Numbered from the stretch's first letter, positions 1 to 8,557 are shown. The stretch: 64,000 bases of DNA from Patescibacteria group bacterium (GCA_043812055.1 JBDRMN010000058.1:184-64183); one strand, 5' to 3'. Translations and numbers: made by a program. The notes: generated by a model from the sequence alone, not told the origin.

Positions 1-1
1 C

Positions 2-268
2 CCAGATGAAAAAATAAGAATTGTTGTAAGAAAAGGTCATGGGGTAGTCGCGATAAAGGATAATTGGACGAAAAAAGAATTAGCGGCTGGTCGAATACCA
101 TATTTCATGGGAAGAGTTGGCAGACAAGAACCTAAGCTGATAAAAAATGGTAAATGTGTTTTACCCAAAAATCCTATCAAAAAAATAAACCGTTTCTTAA
201 AAAAATTACCTTTATTTATGCGACCAATAGTAATAAAGATATTTTTTAAAAAATATTTAGATCAATGA
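2..268 (+). CDS. 3' end of an unidentified AT-rich gene entering from upstream of the window
   Basis: Hand translation of frame 2 is open for 88 codons (...RIPYFMGRVGRQEPKLIKNGKCVLPKNPIKKINRFLKKLPLFMRPIVIKIFFKKYLDQ*). Its TGA (266-268) overlaps the xth ATG (265) as ATGA. No domain recognised. Confidence 0.35.
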   Translation, partial: PDEKIRIVVRKGHGVVAIKDNWTKKELAAGRIPYFMGRVGRQEPKLIKNGKCVLPKNPIKKINRFLKKLPLFMRPIVIKIFFKKYLDQ

Positions 269-1038
269 AATCCCTCCGCCTCATCTCGTGGAACGTCAAC
301 GGCATCCGAGCTGCTGCGCAGAAGGGTTTTTTGGAATGGCTGGACCGTGGCCCAGCTGATATCGTTGCCATTCAGGAAACCAAAGCCAACCCCGGACAGC
401 TGGGCATGAATCTCATTCAACCCAGCGGTTTTGAAAGTTTCTGGAATTCGGCAATCCGTCCTGGCTACTCGGGAACAGCTACCTATTCCAAAATAAAGCC
501 AATCCAGACTAAAACCGAATTCCCCGCCGCTGTTCTCAATAATGAAGGCCGCATCCTCCTGACTGAGTTTCGGCAATTCTATTTTCTCAATGTTTACTTC
601 CCGAATGGTAAATCAGGTGATACGCGACTGAAATACAAAATGAACTTCTACGCTGAGTTCTTGAAACTGATTGAGAGGCTGAGAAAAAAGAAACCAATCG
701 TCTTCTGCGGAGATGTGAATACCGCTCATACTGAAATAGATCTCTCGCGACCCAGGGAGAACGAAGCAATTTCCGGATTTCTCCCCGAGGAACGCGCCTG
801 GATTGATCAGGTCATCGCGAAGGGTTACATCGACACTTTCCGGGCGAAACATCCGAATGAAATCAATCGCTACTCCTGGTGGAGCCAACGTACGAAAGCA
901 CGCGAGAGAAATGTGGGCTGGCGGATTGATTACTTCTTTGTTAGCTCAGAGCTCGAAAAAAATATTGCGGCAGCGGAAATTCATCCGGAGGTGCCAGGGA
1001 GTGACCATTGTCCGATAGCTTTGGAGCTAAAACTCTAA
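265..1038 (+). CDS. xth: Exodeoxyribonuclease III (AP endonuclease, EEP fold)
   Basis: 257 aa. Shows ISWNVNGIRAA, AIQETKA and C-terminal GSDHCPI motifs typical of the ExoIII/Xth family. Confidence 0.9.
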   Translation: MKSLRLISWNVNGIRAAAQKGFLEWLDRGPADIVAIQETKANPGQLGMNLIQPSGFESFWNSAIRPGYSGTATYSKIKPIQTKTEFPAAVLNNEGRILLTEFRQFYFLNVYFPNGKSGDTRLKYKMNFYAEFLKLIERLRKKKPIVFCGDVNTAHTEIDLSRPRENEAISGFLPEERAWIDQVIAKGYIDTFRAKHPNEINRYSWWSQRTKARERNVGWRIDYFFVSSELEKNIAAAEIHPEVPGSDHCPIALELKL

Positions 1039-1083
1039 TTTTTGCCTTCTTGCTCTCTTTTTTTGTCTTCCCCGCCTCTCTTT

Positions 1084-1143
1084 TGTCTTCCCCGCGAAAG
1101 CGGGGATCCAGATCATTCCCCCGCTTGACGGGGGAATCCAGAC
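1084..1143 (+). repeat. Two GC hairpin units (TGTC-TTCCCCGC-GAAA-GCGGGGA-TCCAG; TTCCCCCG-CTTGA-CGGGGGAA-TCCAGAC)
   Basis: Stems and loops read directly from the sequence. Confidence 0.9.
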
Positions 1144-1233
1144 ACTTCTACCTGTTTAGCAGCAGTTTAGGAATATGAACTTTTATTCATGTAAGTTTTC
1201 GGGTTTTGGCTGATGCGTCTAGAATTGTCAGCT

Positions 1234-1536
1234 ATGTTTGTAGAAAAAATCTACTACGTTTATATTCTGGCCAGTAAAAAGAACGGCACTCTTTATGTCG
1301 GCGTTACAAACGATTTAGGATCAAGAGTTCGAGAACACAGACAAGGAGAAGGTAGTAAGTTTGCCAAGAAGTACAAAGTGAACAAGCTAGTCTACTTCGA
1401 AGATCACGGAGATGTGACTGAAGCAATTGCCCGAGAGAAACAAATTAAGAAGTGGGAACGAAAATGGAAACTGGAGCTAATCGAAAAGAACAATCCCGAA
1501 TGGCAGGATTTGTATTTCAAAGTTTACGAAGGGTAG
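1234..1536 (+). CDS. Small GIY-YIG (URI-domain) nuclease, COG2827/YhbQ-like
   Basis: 100 aa from the internal ATG: MFVEKIYYVYILASKKNGTLYVGVTNDLGSRVREH... with GIY..YVG..R..H/E motifs. 84/100 identical to the copy at 24214-24516. Confidence 0.85.
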   Translation: MFVEKIYYVYILASKKNGTLYVGVTNDLGSRVREHRQGEGSKFAKKYKVNKLVYFEDHGDVTEAIAREKQIKKWERKWKLELIEKNNPEWQDLYFKVYEG

Positions 1537-1540
1537 TTTT

Positions 1541-1597
1541 CTGGAATCCCGCGTACGCGGGATTATTTTCTGGGTTCCCGCTTTCGCGGGAATGACA
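1541..1597 (+). repeat. Two hairpin units in inverse orientation (CTGGA-ATCCCGCG-TA-CGCGGGAT; CTGGG-TTCCCGC-TTTC-GCGGGAA-TGACA)
   Basis: Read directly. 1575-1606 is identical to 24613-24644 (32 nt). Confidence 0.9.
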
Positions 1598-1643
1598 ATG
1601 TTTTTATTTTTTAAAGAGTCTTCTCGCGGGGAAGATAAAAGTA

Positions 1644-3275
1644 CTACATTTTCTTCGGCGCCCCCACCCCCACCAAATCTTCCAACACTATTCGCAAAAC
1701 TTCTTTGGTAACAGCAGTCAGCCGCAAACGGGCGGCAGTCAATTTTTCGTTATTATTATCAATCACCCGACAGTTTTCATAAAATTTATGGAAGAGTTCA
1801 GCGAGTTCGCGCGCGTAAGTCGTGAGCGTATGAATCGCGTAGCTTTCCGAAATTTCTGCCACCAAATCCGGCAGCTCGCTCATCTTTTTGATGAGATCCA
1901 GCTCCTCCGGTTTTTCGATTAATTTGAGATCACTTTTTTTGTAATCAATTTTGCCGGCCTTCGCGAGAATTGAAGCGAGCCGGGTGTGAGCATACTGCAC
2001 GTAGTAAACCGGATTATCATTGCTCTGTTTCTTCGCTAGCTCCAGATCAAAATTCAGATGCGTATTCCAATCACGCATTACAAAAAACCAGCGCGCCGCA
2101 TCAGCTCCAACTTCATCAATCAGATCGTCCATCAGCTCGAAATCCCCCGCCCGCTTACTCATCCGCACTTCTTTGCCTTCGCGAAAGAGTTTGACGAGCT
2201 GGGTAATGATTACCTCCACTTCCCCGAAACCCAGCATTTTCACCCCCGCCTTGAGCCGCGAAATGTAGCCGTGGTGATCCGCCCCCCAGATGTCGATCAG
2301 CTTCGTGAAACCCCGTTCGAATTTATCCTTGTGATACATCAGATCCGGCAAGAGGTAGGTTGCGGTCCCATCACTTTTTACAATCACCCGATCTTTATCA
2401 TCGCCATCTGCACTCGTCTTGAGAAAAAGCGCGCCGTCTTTCTTGTAAGTCAGTTTTTTCTTTTTGAGAAAATCCAAAGTCGCCTCAATCCCCCCGCCTT
2501 CCCGCAAGGTACTCTCGTGAAACCACTCGTCAAACTTGATTTCCATTTTTTTGACCGAGGGTTTGATTTCCTCTTCTAAGAGAATGTCCGCAAAGGCCTT
2601 TCCTGTTTCTCTCGCATCATCCGAAATCTTGTCAGCGTACTTCTTCGCCAGCTTATCTATATATTCCCCCTGATAAAATTCTTCCCCGTCACGTCGTTCG
2701 TGAACGACGTGGCCTGCGGCAGCCTGAATACTCGTTCCTAAAATCTCAACCTGCTTACCAGAGTCATTCAGATAAAACTCCCGCGCCACATCATAACCGG
2801 CTCGCGTAAGCACCCTCGCTAACACATCTCCCCCAAACCCGCCTCGCCCATTTGCAATCGTGAGCGGCCCTGTGGGATTGGCAGAAATAAACTCAAGTAA
2901 AACCTTCTCTTTTCCCTGTCCTGAGCGAGTCCGCCGCGGCGGACGAGTCGAAGTGGCGAACTTTTTGCCCTGCTTCTCAATCTCCGCGAGCACAGCTTGG
3001 AAAATTTCTGGTTTCAGAAAGATATTGATAAAGCCCGGACCGGCAATTTCGGCCTTTTTTATAAACTGCTGGTCGAGCTTCCCGACTATTTCCTCGGCCA
3101 GCTCCCGCGGGTTTTTCTTGAGCTTTTTTGCTAAAATGAGCGCTGCGTTACAGGCAAGATCGCCAAACTTTTTTTCGGGTGGCGTTTCGAGCGTGAAATC
3201 ACACTTTTCAGGATTGCCTTGAGTGTCACAAGGGAGGGCAGCCTGGACGATCTTGGTAACTCGTGCGATTAGCAT
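1644..3275 (-). CDS. argS: Arginyl-tRNA synthetase
   Basis: 543 aa. Shows SANPTGPL at the HIGH region, ADHHGY, RMSKRAGD at the KMSK position, and C-terminal YVQYAHTR (DALR anticodon-binding) signatures. Confidence 0.9.
   Translation of the reverse strand: MLIARVTKIVQAALPCDTQGNPEKCDFTLETPPEKKFGDLACNAALILAKKLKKNPRELAEEIVGKLDQQFIKKAEIAGPGFINIFLKPEIFQAVLAEIEKQGKKFATSTRPPRRTRSGQGKEKVLLEFISANPTGPLTIANGRGGFGGDVLARVLTRAGYDVAREFYLNDSGKQVEILGTSIQAAAGHVVHERRDGEEFYQGEYIDKLAKKYADKISDDARETGKAFADILLEEEIKPSVKKMEIKFDEWFHESTLREGGGIEATLDFLKKKKLTYKKDGALFLKTSADGDDKDRVIVKSDGTATYLLPDLMYHKDKFERGFTKLIDIWGADHHGYISRLKAGVKMLGFGEVEVIITQLVKLFREGKEVRMSKRAGDFELMDDLIDEVGADAARWFFVMRDWNTHLNFDLELAKKQSNDNPVYYVQYAHTRLASILAKAGKIDYKKSDLKLIEKPEELDLIKKMSELPDLVAEISESYAIHTLTTYARELAELFHKFYENCRVIDNNNEKLTAARLRLTAVTKEVLRIVLEDLVGVGAPKKM
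2915..2958. repeat. GC-rich palindromic unit inside the argS coding sequence
   Basis: CCTGTCCTGAGCGAGTCCGCCGCGGCGGACGAGTCGAAGTGGCG. The core GTCCGCCG/CGGCGGAC is a perfect 16-nt palindrome. It encodes ...TSTRPPRRTRSGQGK... on the minus strand. Confidence 0.7.
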
Positions 3276-3281
3276 GGAGGG

Positions 3282-3290
3282 ATTTTAACA
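3282..3290 (-). promoter_or_regulatory. Extended -10-like TGTTAAAAT, 6 nt before the argS ATG
   Basis: The minus strand reads TGTTAAAATCCCTCC-ATG. The same 12-mer TGTTAAAATCCC precedes trmD and gatB. Confidence 0.5.
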
Positions 3291-3385
3291 GGGATTGTAG
3301 TCGAACAAATAAACTGTTCTTAAAGTCAGCCTAAAAAAATGTTCGAGTTCTGTAAAAATCAGTAAAATCCGATATCAATTAAAAA

Positions 3386-5017
3386 ATGGCTCTTAAGAAT
3401 TCACTTCCATTTTTCGATTCACTACCACCTGACGACAAAGTCAGGAGTGAAATAGAGTTTGAATCCACTCTCCGTAGGGCCAAAGATGAGAACATGCCTA
3501 TCGCTACGGTGGCGGGTGGAACTCCAGTCTGCTGCATAGATGGTAAGTTTTCTCATGGTAAAGGTGTAACCGACAGGATAAATGGTCAGAAACGAGTAAT
3601 AGAGCCAGGCAAAGGACCTTCCGAGACAGAGATAGAGAGCTTGGAATTAGGCATGCAACTTATTAAGCATCTAAACCAAGAAGGTATTTCGAACATACTA
3701 GGGATACCCGAGTTTGACACACAGGGAGTTCCTCCAAAAGAGCGTGAAATCCTTCGTAAGCTCGGTTCGGAAGAGCTCGTGAGGATGTTTTTGCCTAAGA
3801 AGTATGAAGAAATAATTGGATCAAATATAGACCACGTAAGAATATTATTCTCTTCCGGCTACAGTCATGCTACTGGCGAACTCCTTAAAGGTGCTAAACG
3901 CAGACTAGATAGTAATCTGAGTAATACCGAAACAGCAGAGGGCAAAATTGCTAAGTTCTTTTATGAAACTACGGCCCTTATGTATAACGCTTATGTAAAG
4001 GCAGCCAAAAGTCCCTTCGTGCATCATGTTTTGCTTACTACCCCTCTTTCGCGCAAAGAACCACGACCGGAAGAAGAAATTAGTCTTGGTCTCGATATAG
4101 TGGATACTCTTCAGGTGTTAGGGTGCATCCTTTTAACTTTTGAAGACAAAATTCATTGCGGATCAGTAACCGCAGGGCGTCTTTCCGCGATAAGACGCTT
4201 ACTTGGAAAAATCTTTGATCAGATTAATAAAAATACTCCCATTATCACCGTAACTTTTCAGGATATTGTTGACGACGGAATGAGTGGTGTTAACTGGATG
4301 CGAGGTGTAGACATGCTTACAACTTTAAGTAAGGTTTTTGACCTACATTTACTTTTTCTTTCTCAGCGGGGAAAAATCGAGCGTTCCTTTTCCTCTCAGA
4401 TAAGTAAAAATGCGAAAGACGCCTATAAAGACGTACTGCACGGCAAAATAAAAACCGGGATCAGGGAATCAAAAATAGCCCTTCCTGAGGATGTACACAA
4501 CGTTATTGAAAATACCGAAAAGAGTGGGGAATTGCTATATCAACACCTACGTGAAGAGATTAAAGAAGTCACTCATACAGACAGATTAAAAATCGTTCCT
4601 CAAATCGGAAGTACATCCCTCAATCTAAGGGGAGATCCCGACGATAGAAATGTTAGAGATAAAATCGAATATGCGGCCGCAAGAGACCGAGCAGCAAAAG
4701 CAGCAGAAGAAGAAAAAACTCAATTAAGAGATACTGTAAGTGGATTTACTGCGGAGGCTCGGGCAACTGTAAACGAAATAGCTAAATCTACGACAGCAAC
4801 GGGACAATCAAAAATTAGGCAATTAAAAAAGTTGATTTTGAACCTGGCTTCAGAGATCAAAGATAGTGCTGAAGATAAAGACAAGGCAATGGCTGAAAGA
4901 ACGAGTCCACCAGACAGAAGAAAAAAACGGCAAGTAGGCAAAATACCTAATGGCACAGATAGGAGAAGTGGATTCAAGGATCGAAAAGATTGTGAATCTA
5001 AATCCTGCACCATATGA
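3386..5017 (+). CDS. Hypothetical protein, 543 aa, no recognisable domain (AT-rich ORFan)
   Basis: Long uninterrupted ORF with a charged, Lys/Arg-rich C-terminus. Composition is visibly AT-richer than the neighbouring genes. Confidence 0.6.
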   Translation: MALKNSLPFFDSLPPDDKVRSEIEFESTLRRAKDENMPIATVAGGTPVCCIDGKFSHGKGVTDRINGQKRVIEPGKGPSETEIESLELGMQLIKHLNQEGISNILGIPEFDTQGVPPKEREILRKLGSEELVRMFLPKKYEEIIGSNIDHVRILFSSGYSHATGELLKGAKRRLDSNLSNTETAEGKIAKFFYETTALMYNAYVKAAKSPFVHHVLLTTPLSRKEPRPEEEISLGLDIVDTLQVLGCILLTFEDKIHCGSVTAGRLSAIRRLLGKIFDQINKNTPIITVTFQDIVDDGMSGVNWMRGVDMLTTLSKVFDLHLLFLSQRGKIERSFSSQISKNAKDAYKDVLHGKIKTGIRESKIALPEDVHNVIENTEKSGELLYQHLREEIKEVTHTDRLKIVPQIGSTSLNLRGDPDDRNVRDKIEYAAARDRAAKAAEEEKTQLRDTVSGFTAEARATVNEIAKSTTATGQSKIRQLKKLILNLASEIKDSAEDKDKAMAERTSPPDRRKKRQVGKIPNGTDRRSGFKDRKDCESKSCTI

Positions 5018-5024
5018 TTTACCA

Positions 5025-7403
5025 ATGAAATCAGCTAAAAACACACAGCTCGGGAAAACAACGAGTGAGATTCTGCGTGATCTCAAAGTCGCGAATGAAA
5101 CTCTCCGTGCCGCCCACAATAAAAATGACGTGATCAATTTTGCGATTCGTTTTTTCCTGAAGCTTGGTTTTGATCGCGTGCGCGTCTGGCTAATAGACCA
5201 AGAGAGAGGCCTCAAGCATGGGGCGAAGTGTAGCTATATGCCCGACAGAAAATTTCAGAAGGCGGCAGTCGAGCTCCGTTTGCAGGACAGTAAAATACTC
5301 CCCATCAACTACATAAAAATAATCAAGCGGAAAAAGCCCTTCGTCAACAGGACCTTCCCGGTACTAAAAAACTTTTTCGGCGAAAAGAAGCTGAAGTATT
5401 CGGTCGAGTTCCCTCTCTTCGCCAGCCAGCACCCTCTCGGCCTCATCTCCGTCGACAACGCTGTCACCGGGCGGCCACTCGACACCAAGCAGACCGATCG
5501 TTTCATGCCTTTCGTCAATCAAATCGCTTTCGCGCTTGATCGAGTCATCCTGAGCGAGAAACTCGCTAAGACCAATATAGCGCTCAAGCAAAAGGTTACC
5601 AGCGCCACTGCTGAGCTAAAAACAAAAAATACCGAGCTGGAACACCTCGCCCACTACGACGAACTGAGTCAGCTACCCAACCGACGTTGCTTCGAAAAAT
5701 ACCTCAGCAAAGAGTTTAAAAAGGCTAGTCCCAGATGCACTCTGACTTTGGCCATGTTGGATATTGATTTCCTCAAGCATGTCAACGACACACACGGGCA
5801 CGATGCCGGCGACAAGTTAATCATCCAAATTGGCGCCATTCTCAAGAAAAACAAAGCTATCACTTTGGCTGCTCGTTTTGCCGGTGATGAATTTGTCTTT
5901 TTGCTCGTCAATAAATCAGCCAAGAAACACAGAGAGATTCTCGAGCGCCTGCTGCGCAGGATCAAGACCGCCACCAAAGAAACTGTCAGCATCGGGGTGG
6001 TGACTTGCCCCGATCCCAAGATTAAATCGGAAATTGATCTCCTGCGGATTGCCGACGATGCGCTTTACCACGCCAAACATACCGGTCGTGATCGTTTCGT
6101 CTGCGCTTTGGGCGAGAACACCGATGTTATTCCACTCGCCCAGAGACGCAAGGACCTGCAGGAAATCGAAAAGCACGGAACTTTCGCCGGCGACTACATT
6201 CGCCAGCTAAAGGCTGTCAATAAAATTTCCGAGCATCTTCGAACCGCTGTCAAAGAACAAACTATCCTCAAAAAAATAACGACAACTATTCGACGTGAGC
6301 TGGACTTCAAAAAAGTCTATCTCTATACGAAAAAAAGAGAGGATGAGGAGAGTAGCGACGAGTTAAGGCTGGCCGCTACCTCCGGGATCAGTAAAAAGGC
6401 TGAGAAAAAAATTCGGCATGGCTCTCGCGTCTTCCGCAAAAGCGGTTCTGTCGAACGCGCAATTCAAAGTCGTCGGGTGATTGATTTACGCGTCCGTAAT
6501 ATATCTCCACAGTTTGTCAAACTTTTTCGCACCAAGACGGCTCTGGTCATTCCCCTGATCGGCCGCTTCCACACTATCGGAGCGATAGTCGCTGAATACG
6601 ATATCGGTCGTCATTTCCGGGAAAGCGACCACCGTTTCTTCCTGACGCTAGGCGATCAGATCGAGAATGGGATTGTCAAAGCTCAGGCAATCAGAAATAT
6701 CGAAAGCTTCAATCGTAAGCTCAAACGGGAAGTCTCCGCCGCCACCCGTAAGCTAAAAGAACACTCGCGCTCACTAGGGCAACAAGTCAAGGACAATCAG
6801 AATCTACGTGGAAAGGAGCGACGTACGAATTTCGAACTGATCTCGGCACTGGCCACCAGTCTTGAAGAAAAAGACATCTACACCCGGGGTCACTCTGTGC
6901 GCGTAGCCAACTACGCCTGCCGGTTGGGAGCCGCTCTTGATTTTACCGAAAAGCAACTGGTCAACTTGCGTTACGCGGGGCTGCTCCACGATGTCGGTAA
7001 GGTGGCGATTGATCAATCCGTGCTCAATAAACGCACTGCTCTGAGTGAAGCCGAGATGAAAGAACTCGCCAAGCACCCTGTCGTGGGAGAAAAAATTGTT
7101 TCTTCCGTACGTTTCCTCCGGGATACCGCCCACATTATTCGCCACCATCACGAGCGCTGGGACGGTGCTGGTTATCCTGATCATGAAAAAGGAACCCGGA
7201 TCCCGGTCGAGTCACGCATCCTGGCTATCGCCGATGCTTACGACGCAATGATCACGCGCCGCAGCTACGGCAAGGCCATGAAAAAGAGTGCCGCAATCAA
7301 CGAGTTGATCACCGGCGGCGGCAAGCAGTTTGATCCTAAGTTAGTCAAGCTTTTCGCAAAATTGATGCGAAAATCACGTTCCCGCCCCAAAAAGAAATCC
7401 TAG
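5025..7403 (+). CDS. GAF-GGDEF-GAF-HD-GYP signalling protein (putative c-di-GMP cyclase/phosphodiesterase)
   Basis: GGDEF domain: LPNRR...DIDFLKHVNDTHGHDAGD...RFAGDEF...ADDALYHAKHTGRDR. HD-GYP domain: HSVRV...LLHDVGK...HHERWDGAGYP...ADAYDAM. Start moved to ATG 5025 to avoid overlap with the upstream ORF. Confidence 0.85.
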   Translation: MKSAKNTQLGKTTSEILRDLKVANETLRAAHNKNDVINFAIRFFLKLGFDRVRVWLIDQERGLKHGAKCSYMPDRKFQKAAVELRLQDSKILPINYIKIIKRKKPFVNRTFPVLKNFFGEKKLKYSVEFPLFASQHPLGLISVDNAVTGRPLDTKQTDRFMPFVNQIAFALDRVILSEKLAKTNIALKQKVTSATAELKTKNTELEHLAHYDELSQLPNRRCFEKYLSKEFKKASPRCTLTLAMLDIDFLKHVNDTHGHDAGDKLIIQIGAILKKNKAITLAARFAGDEFVFLLVNKSAKKHREILERLLRRIKTATKETVSIGVVTCPDPKIKSEIDLLRIADDALYHAKHTGRDRFVCALGENTDVIPLAQRRKDLQEIEKHGTFAGDYIRQLKAVNKISEHLRTAVKEQTILKKITTTIRRELDFKKVYLYTKKREDEESSDELRLAATSGISKKAEKKIRHGSRVFRKSGSVERAIQSRRVIDLRVRNISPQFVKLFRTKTALVIPLIGRFHTIGAIVAEYDIGRHFRESDHRFFLTLGDQIENGIVKAQAIRNIESFNRKLKREVSAATRKLKEHSRSLGQQVKDNQNLRGKERRTNFELISALATSLEEKDIYTRGHSVRVANYACRLGAALDFTEKQLVNLRYAGLLHDVGKVAIDQSVLNKRTALSEAEMKELAKHPVVGEKIVSSVRFLRDTAHIIRHHHERWDGAGYPDHEKGTRIPVESRILAIADAYDAMITRRSYGKAMKKSAAINELITGGGKQFDPKLVKLFAKLMRKSRSRPKKKS

Positions 7404-7405
7404 AT

Positions 7406-8362
7406 TTGATGCCTGCTCTTCTGCTCCATGGCGAAAACAGCTATCTCTTGCGTCGCGAGGTTAGTTTGCTGGTAGCAGATTTCAAGAATGCAGAGGGCGA
7501 TTTAAATCTGGCTATTCTGGACGGTCAGGGAACCGAAGAAGGTGAGATCATTTCTGCCTGTGAGACCCTGCCTTTTTTGGGCAGTTCCCGTCTCACGGTT
7601 GTGAGGGATTTTGATTTCAAGCACTCCGTACCCGGGCTCTCAAAATTTGTTGAAAATCTTCCTGAGCACTGCACCCTCGTCGTGACTACCCGGAAGGCCG
7701 ATGCCCGCACTGTACTTTTCAAAGCCTTCAAGGCTCACGGTGAGATCCGGGAATTTCCTCCTTTGAAGCCAGCAGCTTTCCAGAAGTGGTTGGGAGAAGA
7801 GGCTAGTAGAACAGGAACCCAGATTGACCCAGCTGCAGCAGAACTCTTGGCTACCTTCACTCTCGGCGATTGTGAAGCCGCGGTGAATGAGCTCAGCAAA
7901 TTAAAAACTTATGCAGCCGGATCAATGCTTACCCGATCCGACGTGGATGCGCTCGTTCACCCCAATTTGCATACTTCCGTCTTCCGCCTCACTGACGCGA
8001 TCGGTGAACGTCGAATCGAGAACGCTCTGGCTGATCTCCAGGATATCGTGAACCGTGGTGAAAATCTCATTCAAATCTTCTTCATGATCGTACGCCAGTT
8101 CCGGATCCTCATCACGCTGAGTGCCTTTCTGCCTAAACGTTTGCCGCCCAACGAAATTGCTCGACAACTCAAACTCCACCCCTTCGTCGTCCAAAACTCC
8201 CTTCGCCAGGTGAGGAATTTTTCCCCGGAAGAGCTTCTGCGCTCCTATCAGCAGTTACTCAAAATCGATACTGCAGTGAAGCTCGGCAAGATCGGCTACA
8301 GCTCGGCTAGTCCGGGTGAGTTTGCGCTGGCGCTGGAAAAGTTTATCGTGAGCTTTGGATAG
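7406..8362 (+). CDS. holA: DNA polymerase III delta subunit
   Basis: 318 aa. The N-terminal LLHGENSYLL pattern and the length fit the HolA family. This is a family-level call from motif memory only. Confidence 0.7.
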   Translation: MMPALLLHGENSYLLRREVSLLVADFKNAEGDLNLAILDGQGTEEGEIISACETLPFLGSSRLTVVRDFDFKHSVPGLSKFVENLPEHCTLVVTTRKADARTVLFKAFKAHGEIREFPPLKPAAFQKWLGEEASRTGTQIDPAAAELLATFTLGDCEAAVNELSKLKTYAAGSMLTRSDVDALVHPNLHTSVFRLTDAIGERRIENALADLQDIVNRGENLIQIFFMIVRQFRILITLSAFLPKRLPPNEIARQLKLHPFVVQNSLRQVRNFSPEELLRSYQQLLKIDTAVKLGKIGYSSASPGEFALALEKFIVSFG

Positions 8363-8365
8363 GCA

Positions 8366-8480
8366 GTTACCAGTTGCCAGTTGCCAGTGACTAGTAACTA
8401 TTTTCGCCATAATCCTAATATCTCCCAACATCTCTTAACATCTCCTAATCTCTCCCAGCCCAAAGACCCAAAGACTCGTA
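8366..8480. repeat. Intergenic degenerate word array (GTTACCAGTTGCCAGTTGCCAG...; ...CATCTCTTAACATCTCCTAATCTCTCC...; CCCAAAGACCCAAAGAC)
   Basis: Read directly. The same GTTACCAGTTGC word recurs at 54965-54993. Confidence 0.85.
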
Positions 8481-8557
8481 AATAAAGCATTTTCGTTGCA
8501 AAGTCCCCTGTAACCCAAATTGACAATCTGAGTGAAGGCGGGTAAAATGTGATCATT

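Larger units (their letters stand above)
1064..1637. mobile_element. Candidate GIY-YIG cassette copy 1: nuclease gene flanked by nested inverted hairpin units
   Basis: Left units lie at 1064-1075 (half), 1084-1111 and 1116-1143. Right units in inverse orientation lie at 1541-1563, 1570-1597 and 1626-1637 (half). Unit 1084-1111 matches the reverse complement of 1570-1597 at 24/28 positions. Confidence 0.55.

Noticed and set aside
4950-5024. Longer start (ATG 4950) for the GGDEF/HD-GYP gene, overlapping the upstream ORF by 68 nt
   Set aside because: ATG 5025 lies 8 nt after the upstream stop and removes the overlap. The extra 25 residues carry no domain. The choice is not proven.
8366-8480. 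Word arrays here and in other spacers as possible CRISPR arrays
   Set aside because: The units are 7-10 nt, degenerate and contiguous. There are no 25-40-nt repeats separated by unique spacers, and no cas genes are present in the window.
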